Assembly: GCA_964016885.1 (NCBI GenBank)
Contig: OZ024743.1
Location: 127,038,001-127,102,000, forward strand
Reading direction: 5' to 3'
Length of the DNA: 64,000 nt
From: Eledone cirrhosa
Lineage: Eukaryota
Shown here: positions 40,060-52,538 of the stretch, one piece after another
Layout: every line of letters starts with the position of its first letter
Numbering within the stretch: the stretch's first letter is position 1
Made by a program: the position numbers and the translations under genes
Notes under the pieces: generated by a model
The model's input: the letters and a program-made list of their open reading frames with translations, nothing else
What the model was told of the DNA's origin: nothing
Database searches by the model: none

Positions 40060-42850
40060 CTTCATCCATTTATTCCTGCAAGGTTCGTGGGGGAAGAGTC
40101 CTCAGACACTCCTTCCAGCAGGTCTTGTCAGAAACAGCCGTCTGCAACTGGTCCAGCTGATCCCCAAGCAAAACCAGTGGAGCTTATGGATGTTATCCAA
40201 CCATCTTGCTTGAAGTCTACCCTTAGGTCTCCTGCCAATTGGTTTTGCCTATAAAATCTATCCAACAATTCTTTCCTGAGATATTCTAACCACATGCCCA
40301 TAGTACCAGAGCTGTGATTTCTCAATTCGGAGTAGTTGCTCTGCCTGGAGTGACTCTCTGATCTCCAAGCTATGCACTCTATTGAAGGAATCCCATTTTG
40401 GCCCATTTTATTTGTGATCATATTCTTTAGGTCATTACCCAAGATTCATGACCATAGGTAAGGGTTGGCAGGAATACCTAATTGAAGATAGTGAGTTTAG
40501 CTTTTACATCTACCTCCCTTCTTCTGATTATTGAATGCCAAAGCTGGTGCATTACGACATCAGCTCCATCACTTGTGAACATGGCCCCGAGATACTTGGA
40601 CCTCTCTACCTGCTTCAGTGGAACTCCATTCACATGTAGAGTGTACTGCACAAGCTTCCTTGATAGGACAAGTGTCTCAGTTTTCGTAGCACTGATTTTC
40701 ATCCCAGCCATGCAGCACTTGGCATCAAACCTATCGAGTGCAAGTCAGAGATCCCGTTCTGTCAAATGAAGTAACACCACGTCATCTGCAAATTCCATCC
40801 GACTGATTTTACACCCACCAGTCATGATACCACTTCAATCTTGTTCATGTAAATAATGAACAGGAGAGGTGACAGTATGCACCCTTGGTGGAGTCCACCT
40901 CCCACATTGAATGGTTTTGATTTAGCACCATTTATCCAAACACAAATATTCGGGCCTTCATCTAGAGACCATCAGGGAAGCAAGAAGCTGACCATTGATC
41001 CCATACTCCTGTAGAACCTTCCATGACAGGTCCTGAGGAATACGGTTATATGCCTTTTCAACGTTGACAAAACAAGAATATACCTTTTGGCAATACTCCT
41101 ATGACTTCTCAAAGACCTGCCACAGTGTGAATATTTGGCTGGTTGTGCTGCATCCAGGGCAAAAACCACACTGTTCAACAGCTAGCTTGGAATCAATCTC
41201 CCTGCATCTTTTTGCCAGACACTTAGCATAGACTTTACTGGAGAAGCTTAACAAGGAGATTCCTCTGTATTTGGAACAACCTCCCTTGGCTCCCTTTCTG
41301 AAATATGGGATTATCACTCTCAATTGCCATTGCCTAGGTGCCTTTCCAGAGATCCAGGCCACCCTGCATACAGGAGTCAGCCAGAGAATACCTTTTCTGT
41401 TTAAGGCATTTAACATTTCAGACCGGATTTCATCTTCTCCAGTGGCCTTGCCACATTTGAGCTCTTTAACTGCTCTTGTGACCTCAGTCGCTGACAGATT
41501 AGTCACCACTTCTAGATGCATCTCATGTACATAGGAAGATGCTGTTAAGATCAGGTTTAGGAGATCAACAAAGTATTCTTTCCACCTTGTGAAGATGCAA
41601 GAGGAGAACCCCAGATGCATTCCTAATAGTAGGTGTGGAAGAGGACTTCTTATCACAAAGTTGGTAGATGGTCTGCCAGAACAGTTTATTTGCTGATCTG
41701 AAATTGGATTCCAGCTTAACCCCAAAGTCCTCTCATGTCTTAACTTTGGATGCCTTTACTGTCTCTGCTGTGATTCTTCCTACCTGCTTGTACCACAAGT
41801 GCAAGAAGGAGGACTTATTTCCAAGCCAAGTTTAGTAAACCTCCTTCTTTGCTTGGATGGCATCTTTGACCTCTTGATTGAGGGTCCTCCTGCCATCTGG
41901 CACCACACCAAGCCTCTTTTGCCTGCAGCATTTAACAGCTGAAGCAGAAACTGCTGATTTAAACAGTCTCCACTCCATACTCAGTTCTCTGAATTTGGCT
42001 GCAATAGAAACTGCATACCTGGTCTTGACTTCCTTATCCACCAATGCTTCCCACTTTGTCCTGTAGGCCACCCTGGGCCTGCCAGTTTTGTTGGCTTCTT
42101 TACTTTAGGTAGACCCAAGCTGCAGATAACTAGATGGTGGTCAGTTGATAGCTTAGCCCCCCTCATAACACAAACATCCAGCACAGAATCAAAGCAATCA
42201 GAGACAATAACAAAATCAATTATTGATTTCTGGCCTTGATTCCCCTTAAACAATATATATTTATGGGTGTCTCTGTGCTGGAAGGTGTTCATAACAGAGA
42301 GTCCATTGCTAGAACAGAAGTCTAGTAAGGCCTCTCCATTTGTATTTAGATCGGGGTTGCCATTCCTTCCAATCACCCCTTTCTATGTCAGTTGGTTAGT
42401 TCCAACATGTACATTGAAGTCTCCAATTAGGATATATGATTCAGTCTTAACTACATCTAATGTTGCTGTGTCATTATAAAGGAAGGACCTGTATTCAGAC
42501 TCCTTGTTTGTTGCATAATCTTGCACCACCTACTGAGACCTATCTTTCAGCCTAAGCTTCATGAGGCAAATTCTCCCTCCTAACAAGATCCAGTCCACAA
42601 CACATTCTGACACCAGGTGGCTTGTGAATATCCTCACTCCTGTCTGTGCAGTCATTTCTGGTACAACACCTGAATAGTAAAGGTTCCATTCTCCATCCAA
42701 TCTAAAGTATCAGAGCCATGGAACTTTATTGAGACTCCGACTATATCTAGCCAGTAGCATCAAACCTCCTCCACTAGTTCCTACTCCTTACCTGTAAGGG
42801 TTGTGATGTTCCAAGTTCCACTTGTCAAGATTTGCTCCCTACCATTCAGA
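40060..42850 (-). mobile_element. Near full-length decayed RTE-clade LINE (APE + RT), antisense inside MOGAT intron
   Basis: GTWNI, GDFNVHVG, SIIDF, STDHH (APE); YRGISLLS, QCGFCPG, GLHQGCILSP, FADD (RT); many stops. Confidence 0.88.
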
Positions 42851-43779
42851 CTTTAGTTTAAAGAGCCTGTTGGAGAAATATATTGCTGTCTCCATTTCAT
42901 GCCACAAAATGTGGCGATGGGCCTGCAACCTGTCCTGGGAGGCATGGGATGGATGCACAAAGATTGCGTATCCTGAGACTCCAAAGAGGGTCTGGAAGGG
43001 AACAAACCTTGACAAAGTCTGATGTGTCCTTCTTTATTTCAAGCTGACCGGAGGTGATTTTAAGGAGAGTTGGCTACTATTTCTAACAACTTGAATGATC
43101 ATATAGAGACTGCTTTTGTTGTTAATGAATGTGACAACTCCCTAAACTTTTTCCAGCCCTTTCTTATTCTACTTAATCCATTTTTTGTATTTTGGTCTTG
43201 ACACGACTGTCAAGAAAGTATCATCGAGAGGTGAACATGGTGATCTGTAACAAGGTGTGAGGCCTGCAATAGTCTTATGGTGTTGATGTGGAGTGTCTCT
43301 GTGATTTTGTTAATCCATCACTGGCAGGAACTTCCCCTTGCTCTGAAACCTGAGAACTTGAGGTCTGGTAGATAAGCTGAACAATTAGAATTCTTATCAG
43401 ATATTGAGCTATGAACTAAATGATAGGTATGGCACCAACCCGCTGCTTAATATATTCGTTTCTAATCCATCCCTTCTTGTTTTTCCACTTATTTACCTGA
43501 GAAATCTCATCTCACAGGTTGTAAGTTTTCACTCCAATGCTTTGTTTAGAGTTCAGGTTTAGCACTGGTAGGTGAGAGCTGAGATGAAGATTGAGTTGTT
43601 GGGCCTGGTTTTGGTCTCCATAGGTATGCTTGAGTTCTATAGGAGAGAGGCTAGTTGATATCTTACTCTGTCTTCTTGACTAGACACTAGTCTCTATTTT
43701 TCTGCCCATCTTTCCATCCCCAGCAAAGATGCTCCCTAAATATGTGGACTCTACTTATTCTTGATTCCTATCATCCTAG

Positions 43780-43954
43780 GTTGTTGTTCAGTGTCAAAGA
43801 AAAGTTTGAACTGGCTTCTTACTCAGAAGGAAAAAGGTAAATTTATTGTAATTGTTGTCGGTGGAGCGATGGAAGCTATTGAAGCAAACCCAGGCAAATT
43901 CATTCTAAAAATCAAAAGTCGGAAAGGATTTATCAAAATAGCTCTCCAACATGG
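43780..43954 (+). CDS. MOGAT2: MOGAT/DGAT2-family acyltransferase, second coding exon (175 nt)
   Basis: TAG acceptor, GTAAGA donor, phases consistent; VVGGAMEA and RKGFIKIALQHG motifs. Confidence 0.92.
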
Positions 43955-44152
43955 GTAAGATAATATTATTATATTTTAATAGTGTGAGAGTACAATAGCT
44001 GTATGGATGTGACTGGGTATATATAGGCGAGGAATTGGCAGAGTCTTTAGAGCTTAAGGCAAGATGCCCTTGTGGTAATAGTTCTGCCCCAAAAGGGTTG
44101 ATGGAAAAAAGTATTCTACTAGTCTATATCAGTTGCTGGGTAGAATTGTTAG

Positions 44153-44418
44153 AGCAACAACAACAATATCACCACCATCATCGTCAACAACAACAGAAAC
44201 AATGGTAACAACAGCATCAACAATGACAGCATCAACATCATCATCAACAACTGCAACAATGACAACACCATCATCAGTAACAACAGCAACAATGACAACA
44301 TCATCATCAGCAGCAACGACGACAATAACATCAGTAACAACGTTATCAACAATGGCAACAACAGCATCATCAACAACAACAGTTACAAAAATAGTAACAA
44401 AAACAACTTCAACAACAT
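44153..44418. repeat. Compound (CAA/CAT/CAG)n trinucleotide tract
   Basis: Direct reading; gives spurious Thr/Ser- and Val/Asp-rich ORFs. Confidence 0.9.
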
Positions 44419-45606
44419 TGTTAGAATTTTTCATAACCTGATATTTAGAGTTGTCTCCCATAGAACAGAATTGTTTCTTTTTTCTCCATGATTCTACACG
44501 TCTCAATTCCTTGCAGTCTGTAATTACATCCGTTTACCTCATGAGTTCATGTTCCGTCGAGTCTAGCAACATTTATTTCATCCCATCAAATTTTATAAGA
44601 TGTGGGAGAGCGATTAAATCGACTCCAATTGAACTAAAATGTGGAACCAGAATTAATTATTTTTTTTTAGTTCTTGATCCCTGAACTGTTGTACTTCTCT
44701 GCCAAATCAGGATGAGGGCATTTTGCCCTATGAAGGAGATTCATCAGGTGGAATGATTGATACAGCTGGTATTGCTGGCTATTTTTTGTGGCAAGGCTTT
44801 TGCCCTCTTGTCCGCAATGCACAACTGAGATATTCTAGTTTGTCTTACATATTTCTAATTAAAATATATACTTAGCCCTTGCATTGCCATATTTCTAATG
44901 AAAGACACTGCCTATGATTTTCAAATAATTATGAAAATAATCACGAATTTGGAGGGTTCTTGTTATAAAATTGGTATTTAGACCATAACTTTAAAATTTT
45001 TTTTCTTACATGAAAACTCACCAAACAAAGGATCGAGAGGACTGTTCAGTTGTGTCAGAGATATGACATTTCTATTGCTGATGCCACATCATTTTATGTC
45101 CATTTTCTAATTCTAGCATGGGTTGGATGGGTTGTCGTGGTCAGAGAACCATGTTTTGCTCATACATTCCACATTTGGCATGGTTTCTAAGGTTGGATGC
45201 CAACTATTTTACAGCATGTGCTGAATGCATGTTTTCATGGTACAAACACTACCACTTTACAGAGTGTAATGGGTGTATTTTAACAAGGCAACTGTGCTAC
45301 CACTTTACAGAGTGTATTGGGTGCATTTTATCATGGCAACAGCTCCACCACTTTACAGAGTGTAGTGCATACAATTTATCATGATACCAGCACTACCACT
45401 TTGCAGAGTGTACTGGGTGCATTTTGTTGTGCTAACACTACCACTTTACAAAGTGTACATTTAAGTACCCCAGCACTAGTGAGTTTGTCATGCATTCAGC
45501 AATATTGAAAACTCCCCTCTACCCTATATTGTCTTCATTCAATTGCTGACCACTCAAGGTGCATTTTATTGTGATACCAACACTAGAGAGGTTGTCAGGT
45601 CCTTAA

Positions 45607-45827
45607 CCATTTAGCATTTACATTACTCTATATTTGCTATTGTATTTTCGCAGTAAAGGCGTTATCTCACATAATTACCTCCCATAATATCAAATCTATG
45701 AGATTTTGATATTATTTATTTTGAGAACAATACCTTAATGTCAGTATGAGTGGACAGCTACAGCTGGTTTGAACAGAAAGAGGTGATAGAATTCTGGCCA
45801 GATATGGCTGGTTTAAATGCTAAAGTG
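45607..45827 (+). mobile_element. piggyBac-type MITE in MOGAT intron
   Basis: TTAA flanks at 45603-45606 and 45828-45831. Confidence 0.8.
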
Positions 45828-45914
45828 TTAAAGCACCAAAAGCTCGCCCCCCCCCCCCCTAACATATGTGACCAAGAATATGTCTATTATTTTGTGATAT
45901 TTCTTTTTTAACAG

Positions 45915-46114
45915 AACTCCGCTTGTCCCTGTCTACTCTTTTGGTGAGAATGACCTCTTTCTACAGATGAGTTCTGAGAAACGAAAATGGATGAGGTGGT
46001 TCCAGTTCAAGTTTACCAAATTTGTTGGCTTTTCACCACTGATCTTCCATGGAAGGGGAATTTTCAACTACACATTTGGGATTTTGCCTTTCCGCAAGCC
46101 TGTTAATACTGTTG
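45915..46114 (+). CDS. MOGAT2: MOGAT/DGAT2-family acyltransferase, third coding exon (200 nt)
   Basis: ACAG acceptor, GTAAGG donor; LVPVYSFGEN, GRGIFNYTFG, PFRKP motifs. Confidence 0.92.
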
Positions 46115-46525
46115 GTAAGGATCAAGATACCTTCCTTCTTTCTTGTTCCTCTTCCTCTTACCCATCATTATCATCATAATAATCACTTCTACATAACTCC
46201 CTCTCCTTCTCATCCTACTCTCTCCTCTTTCCACTACTTCTCCTCAACACTGGCTCCCACTACACCCACCAGGCCTGGATTCAGAATAAGTGTTAGAGAG
46301 ATGGAAATGTGGATGCCAAGTGTATAATAAAAGCCTTCATTGGTTGCTTTAGGTCACATGATCATATAGGAAAGGGGAAGGTAGAATGATCTACTAATGT
46401 CTCTGCAACCAGAAATGGCATCCATTGGTTGGTTTAGGTCACAAGATCATATTGTGGTGGTAGGATTGCCTCCAGCCATAGAGAACTGCCTCATACTTTC
46501 ATCCAATCCAAGGAAAAGCAGCCTT

Positions 46526-46827
46526 ATGATATTAATGATGATGGTGTTGGTGATGGTGATGATGTTATTGATGATAATGACGATGAAGGTGATGCTGGTG
46601 TTGGTGGTGGTGGTGATAATGATGATGATGGAGGTAATGGTTGTGCTGGTGGTTATTATGATGGTGTTGGTGTTGGTGGTGATGATGGTGATGCTGATGT
46701 TGAAGATGGTGATATGTTGGTAGTGGTTATGAGGGTTGTGATGACATTGATGATGATGATGGTGATGTCAGTGGTGTTGGTGATGATGATGGTGATGCTG
46801 CTACTATTACTACCCCCCCACCCCCAG

Positions 46828-46860
<33 letters not shown>
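46526..46860. repeat. (GAT/GGT)n and (CTA)n microsatellite tract
   Basis: Direct reading. Confidence 0.9.
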
Positions 46861-47096
46861 ATAAATGTCTTATGCTATACCACCCCTATGACCATTTAGC
46901 TGATAAATGGGAATTTTTCTCTCCAACCTCACCAATAATACTGACTTACATTGCTCTCTCTTTTTTCGCTCTCTCTTCTATCTTACATTCATTCTCTCTC
47001 CCTCTCTCCTTTCTCATATTCAGTCACTCTCCCTCCTCCCCTCTCTTTCTAATTCACTTACCCACTCTCTTTCACCTTTTTTCCTCCTGTTTCTAG

Positions 47097-47251
47097 TTGG
47101 CAAACCTATTGACGTTCCACTGATCGAGAATCCCACTAAACAGCAGATTGAAGAACTGCATCAGATATATTTGAACAGCCTCTATGAACTTTTCGAGGAA
47201 TATAAGGCCAAATATGGCATTGATGAGATGAAACACTTGATCTTTCACTAA
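47097..47251 (+). CDS. MOGAT2: MOGAT/DGAT2-family acyltransferase, last coding exon (155 nt)
   Basis: Long pyrimidine tract plus TAG acceptor; VGKPI, H..Y...L..LFEEYK.KYG, TAA stop; spliced CDS totals 1017 nt (338 aa). Confidence 0.92.
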
Positions 47252-47629
47252 CCTTTCAACATCTTCAAAATCAGAAATTCTATAGAAATTCTTATGTCTT
47301 TTTATTGTTTATGCCACAGATTCTTAGCTCAGTTGTTTCATTCCATTGTCTTTCGAAGTTTATTTAGATCTTTGCTCTATTCTTGTGTGGAGTTAGGCAT
47401 GATTGACAAAAAGAAATCTTTAAAAAAATTTAAAATATCTAATCCAGTTACCTGGATTCATTTCACATGCTCTGCTCCGGTCAGTTATCTTGGTGTCACA
47501 TTTTATAACTACGGTGTTTAACTCTGGACTTAATGTTTGTTTTTAAATTTTGTTCCATTGAGTACTCTGTGATTGTCTCAAAACAAATCATATTATACAT
47601 GCTGTATTGCAGCTAAAGTTCGATTTACA

Positions 47630-47777
47630 AATATATATATATATATATATATACAAATATATACATATATACAATATATACACAATATATACATATATAC
47701 AAATATACAATATACATATATACAAATATGCAATATACATATATACAAATATATATATATATACAAATATATGTATA

Positions 47778-47838
<61 letters not shown>
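47630..47838. repeat. (TA)n / (TACA)n microsatellite
   Basis: Direct reading. Confidence 0.95.
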
Positions 47839-47839
<1 letters not shown>

Positions 47840-48453
47840 AATATTGTTTCCTTGAGCAAGACACTTTATTTCACATTGCTCCAGTTTACTCAGCTGTAGA
47901 AATGAGAGGATAGGGACTGGGGTCCATATCATTCCACTGCAAAGTGGTCGTGTAGGTGCCACGGCAAAAAAGCACCCAGCACTCACTGTAAATGAGGTTG
48001 GTGTTAGGAAGGGCATCCAGCTGTAGAAATCAAGCCAGCATCAATTCCCGTCCCACCCTTGCAAGCAGGGAAAAGCGGACGTAAAATGAAATGATGATGA
48101 TGATGATATATATATATATATATGCATACGTATATATATACACAGAGAATGTCTGTCTGTTTGTCTGGCTCCCTAAAACTCGAGAACCACATTTTCAAAC
48201 TTTACACATGTAATACTTATGGTCGTATGAGTGTTTTGAGCAAAAAAAATTTCAAATTTTCAATGCCCTAGGGACCGCATTAGGCGCCGGTTAGCAATCT
48301 CTCTATCTTTCTTAGTCTGTCTTTTTAGATAGATATATAGCTATAACGTCGCGCCCTTATAATATCTGTCTGTATATCTGGCTGTCTGCATTACGACATT
48401 ATGCAAAAATTGACTTTGCTATTTGTATGTGTGTGTGTATATATGTATATATA

Positions 48454-48484
<31 letters not shown>

Positions 48485-49737
48485 GTGTCTAACGTTTTTC
48501 GAAATATTTACTTATGCGTTCACAGATTGATTTTTTTAGTTTCAGAAGATCCCATTAAGGGTGAAAGCAGCGATTCTTTGCTTAAACTTTAATCTATTAT
48601 TTTAATATATTTATATATATATATTTAAAAATAAGAGGTGTGAGACACGAGTTGTGATATGTTAGTAAAAAGGAAAAGAAAATGCTGACAAATTTTTCCC
48701 AGTGAAAAATAGTTTAATTAGGAATAAGTATAAATTAGTAATAAGTTAGTATTCAGTTTTAGTTTTAAGTTTTTACCGGTTGCGCATTTCTTATGCTTTT
48801 CAAAAATAATTTTGAGATAGAGTGTTTGGGATTTTTGCTCTAATCTGATCAGTTTTTGAAATTCTTCCTGTTTTATGTGAAAAAAGTGGCTTGGGAGGTA
48901 TTAAAATTTGGTTGGTTGTTGAATGTCACGTGAATAAGCACTATAAATTTCGTGCCAATTTGTGTTGCAAAAATTCTTGTAGTCAAACAATTTTGATTGG
49001 TCGGTAGAAGTCACGTGAATGTTTAAATTGATTTTAGCGCGAACTGGTTTCGCGCCAAATATAGGTTTGTCTAAGAGTGTCCTTTTCCGCTTGATTGCAG
49101 TCATGTTGAGAGGTCAACAGTTCAGGTGCCTATTAAGACAAATATGTGTGTGTGTGTGTGTGTGTGTAGCAAAGTGGTTCATTGTTGTGATAATGGAAAT
49201 GAATTGGTCAGTAGGAATGTGTGTGTACATGTGTGTGTGTGTGTGTGAGGGGGGTTATTTTAACATGTTGAAACATATTTTTCAGCTCTTGTCTTATACG
49301 GAGAAGTGTGTGTGTGTGTGTGTCTGTCTGTATGTTAGTGTGCGCATGTGCAAGCGTGTGTGTGGATGGACCAGTATTTTTGTGGTACTGCTAAAAATGG
49401 CGTACATTATTTGATATTTTCAGTCATTTGCAAAAACGATTCTCTTAAAAGAACATCAATAACATCAATAACAAAAGAGGTGAAATGATGTATAGTATTG
49501 TCATAACAACAAGGCGTGTGTGAGTCCAGATTGTACGTACTGCAAGGGGAATCCATTAGGCCCTGCCGTATGGGATACTTGTGTACAAATATGTATGCAC
49601 CCATCAATGTGCAATGCATGTGTGCATATGTGTATGTGTGCGTGTCGGCACGTGTATATCTATAAACATCAAAAGGTATGAGAATTTGTGTATATTTGTG
49701 TTGCACCATAGAATATGTGTGTTTACGTATATCATTG

Positions 49738-50407
49738 TTAGAATTGGAGCTCTGAAATAGCAATATATATATGGATGTATATATAATGTATTTTGCAATA
49801 CACTTTATGCTTAATTAAAAGCATTTTGAAGACCATAAGCTATTGTTTTAAAGTAGTGACAAATTCACTCACTTTGATCTCAGCAAACAGGGGAGATAAG
49901 CCGACAAGACTTGTTTCGCTTTGGTTGAAGCTTATCAAGGCCAACTACCCCACCTGTTTACTGAGATCATTGATGTTATATTCTTATAGAAATCTAGTAA
50001 ATAATCAGGAGCTGATTATGCAGAGCGGTTGTTGGTCAGGCAGAAATTAAAAATTAGAATTGGAGCTCTGAAATAGCAATATATATATGGATGTATATAT
50101 AATGTATTTTGCAATACACTTTATGCTTAATTAAAAGCATTTTGAAGACCGTAAGCTATTGTTTTAAAGTAGTGACAAATTCACTCACTTTGATGCTTTT
50201 AATTAAGCATAAAGTGTATTGCAAAATACATTATATATACATCCATATATATATTGCTATTTCAGAGCTCCAATTCTAATTTTTAATTTCTGCCTGACCA
50301 ACAACTGCTCTGCATAATCAGCTCCTGATTATTTACTAGATTTCTATAAGAATATAACATCAATGATCTCAGTAAACAGGTGGGGTAGTTGGCCTTGATA
50401 AGCTTCA
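49738..50407 (-). mobile_element. Retrozyme-like non-coding element: ~1.45 tandem copies of a 316-bp unit plus 215-bp inversion
   Basis: Unit restarts at 49738 and 50054; 50193-50407 is the reverse complement of 49926-50140; contains a hammerhead. Confidence 0.75.
49875..49969 (-). ncRNA. Type I hammerhead ribozyme, U3-A8 core variant, long stem I
   Basis: Minus strand TGATCTCAGTAAACAGGTGGGGTAGTT GGCC TTGATAA GCTT-CAACCA-AAGC GAAA CAA-GTC-TTG TC GGCT TATCTCCCCTGTTTGCTGAGATCA (GUC site). Confidence 0.75.
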
Positions 50408-51617
50408 TCCATATGTCATTGTGTTTATATGTGGATAGAAAAGTATGTAGGATGTATGCTGATGTAGGTATGTATGTCAATGTGTGTATGTTGTGGGTTC
50501 GTCTTAGACGGGGTCCATATTTGTTAATAAAATGAGATTCCTTGGTGATGTGCTGGGTGTGGGTGGCATTATCTTTAAATTTATAGAGGGGAAAGATTCT
50601 AAAGTTGGGATGACATTGGGCGGCTCAATGTGTTCACTCAGTGCTATTTTTCTGTATTCCCGTATTTTGATTTGGGATCTATGGACAGTCATGCGTTGGC
50701 AGAGGCTGTTTTTGTCTGTATTGTTCTCGACAACCTGAGCAAGTTAATACATATATTAGGTTTTCTGATGCGCATATAAAATTGTGTTTACTATAAAACT
50801 GGCACGAAAACATCGAGAAACTTAAAGAATTTCACACCCTTTTAAATGGGCTCAAGTCGAATATTAATTTTACAATGGAATACAGCCAACAACAACTCCC
50901 CTTCATCGATATCCTCATTAAGATTCATAACAAAAAAATAGAAATAGACATATACTACAAGCCCACAGACTCCAAGCAATATCTTCCTTTCAATTCATGC
51001 CACCCTAGACACGTTAAAATTAATATTCCCTACAACTTAGCCAAGAGAATCTGTACTATATATTCCAATAAAAACACCTGTTACTTACGTCTACAAGAAC
51101 TAAAGGACACACTCATAAGCAGGGACTACCCTGCATCACTAATTGACAATGGAATCCAATGTGACCTAAAACTCAGTACCGAGGACCTTAGACACCCTAA
51201 AGTTAATCAACCAAAACTAAAAGCTCTTCCATACATCTCCACACACAACACCCTCAACAATGAGGCCTTTGACACCATCCTCCAGAACATCCCTGTATTA
51301 AAAAAGGACCATAGAATGAACCAAATCCTAACACATGAAAAACATCTTAACACATGCCAAAGTACTGCCAACCACAACAACAAAACCCACAGTAAAAAAA
51401 TGCGATAGACCCAACTGTGGCATTTGCATCAACCTAATAGAGGGTTCGGAATTCTATTTCAAACAAGGACAATGTTTTATAGTAAAACACAATTTCACAT
51501 GCGCATCAGAAAACCTAATATATGTATTAAGCACTCTATCTCAAAATTATTTTTGAAAAGCATAAGAAATGCGCAAACAGTAAAAACTTAAAACTGAAAC
51601 TGAATACTAACTAATAC

Positions 51618-51687
51618 TTTGTCTGAAGAGAGTGTGTAAGGTGGTTATTATATAACTACCGTACATCTTCGAAATACCTATAACAAA
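51618..51687 (+). ncRNA. Minimal type I hammerhead ribozyme motif in Penelope pLTR
   Basis: TTTGT CTGAAGA long stem II (GGTGGTTA/TAACTACC core) GAAA T-ACCT-A TA ACAAA, followed by AATAAA. Confidence 0.72.
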
Positions 51688-52241
51688 TAAAATAAAGATG
51701 TACAGATAAAACCATCTCTCTTATTTATTATATATATATATATATATAAATCAGAATGGATGCAGTAAAAATCAGTTAGACCATTACTCACCAGAGTACT
51801 TGATACTTGAGGTAAAAATCCAGGACCCCGACGGCTGATCAGATCTAGCTGTTGGAATGGCAGGAACTGAGCTGAAGGGGTCCCGAATTTTTTCATATAT
51901 GTGTGTGTGTGTGTGTTTATATACACCCCCACATACATACACACACACAAGCTAACAAGAGAACCTTAACCCTTCTTTTTCTTCTTGTTATTTCTTTGAA
52001 GCAAGCACAATGATCATCTAACAGCTTTTCACCTCTCCACACAGCTCTTTGTATTTTCATTGAAGTCTACAAGGTTGTTTGAGCTGTATGGGTTGGGTAG
52101 CTTCATAGTCTGGTTTGCTTCTTCACATTCACAGGTGGCTGAGTTATCCAGTCCTTTAACCCCATCTAACCTAAGCAGCTTTTGATTACACTCTGTGTAA
52201 ACTCAAATGAACCCTTTCGAAAGAGATATATTACCAATTCA

Positions 52242-52538
52242 TAATAGGCCTAAGCCAGATGTAGAATACAGGCCTTCCCCAAAGTTGGTAATAGACCCAG
52301 GCAAAATGTGAAACACGGCCCCTCTCTCCTTGCAAAAAAAGCTGGTAATAGCCCCAGGATACATGTGAAATTTAGAGTTCTCTCTGCTAGTAATAGATCC
52401 AGGTCATGTGTGAAATTTAGCCTTCCCCCTCCCCAGGCTGGTAATAGGCCTAAGATATATGTAAAATATTGACCCCTAATGCTGATAATAAGCCCAAGAC
52501 ATATGTAAAATAGAGCTTCCAAAGTTTGTAATAGGCCC
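52242..52538. repeat. Degenerate minisatellite, seven TAATAGRCC-anchored units of 43-57 bp
   Basis: Anchors near 52242, 52288, 52345, 52391, 52442, 52485, 52529. Confidence 0.75.

Larger units (their letters stand above)
48626..51720. mobile_element. Penelope-like element with inverted 5' arm: - arm 48626-49139 plus 50503-50798, + arm 50800-51720
   Basis: + arm: LPFIDI, YYKPTD..QYL.FNSCHP, CDRPNCGIC, FTCASENLIYV. - arm: IYVLTCSGCREQY, RMTVHR (GIY-YIG). 50743-50798 inverts 51474-51530; 48744-48824 inverts 51532-51612. Confidence 0.78.

Noticed and set aside
44129-44506. Mucin-like Thr/Ser ORF and antisense Val/Asp ORF
   Set aside because: Translations of an intronic trinucleotide microsatellite.
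46397-47913. Met/Val-rich and Ile/Tyr-rich ORFs
   Set aside because: Products of (GAT/GGT)n and (TA)n repeats.
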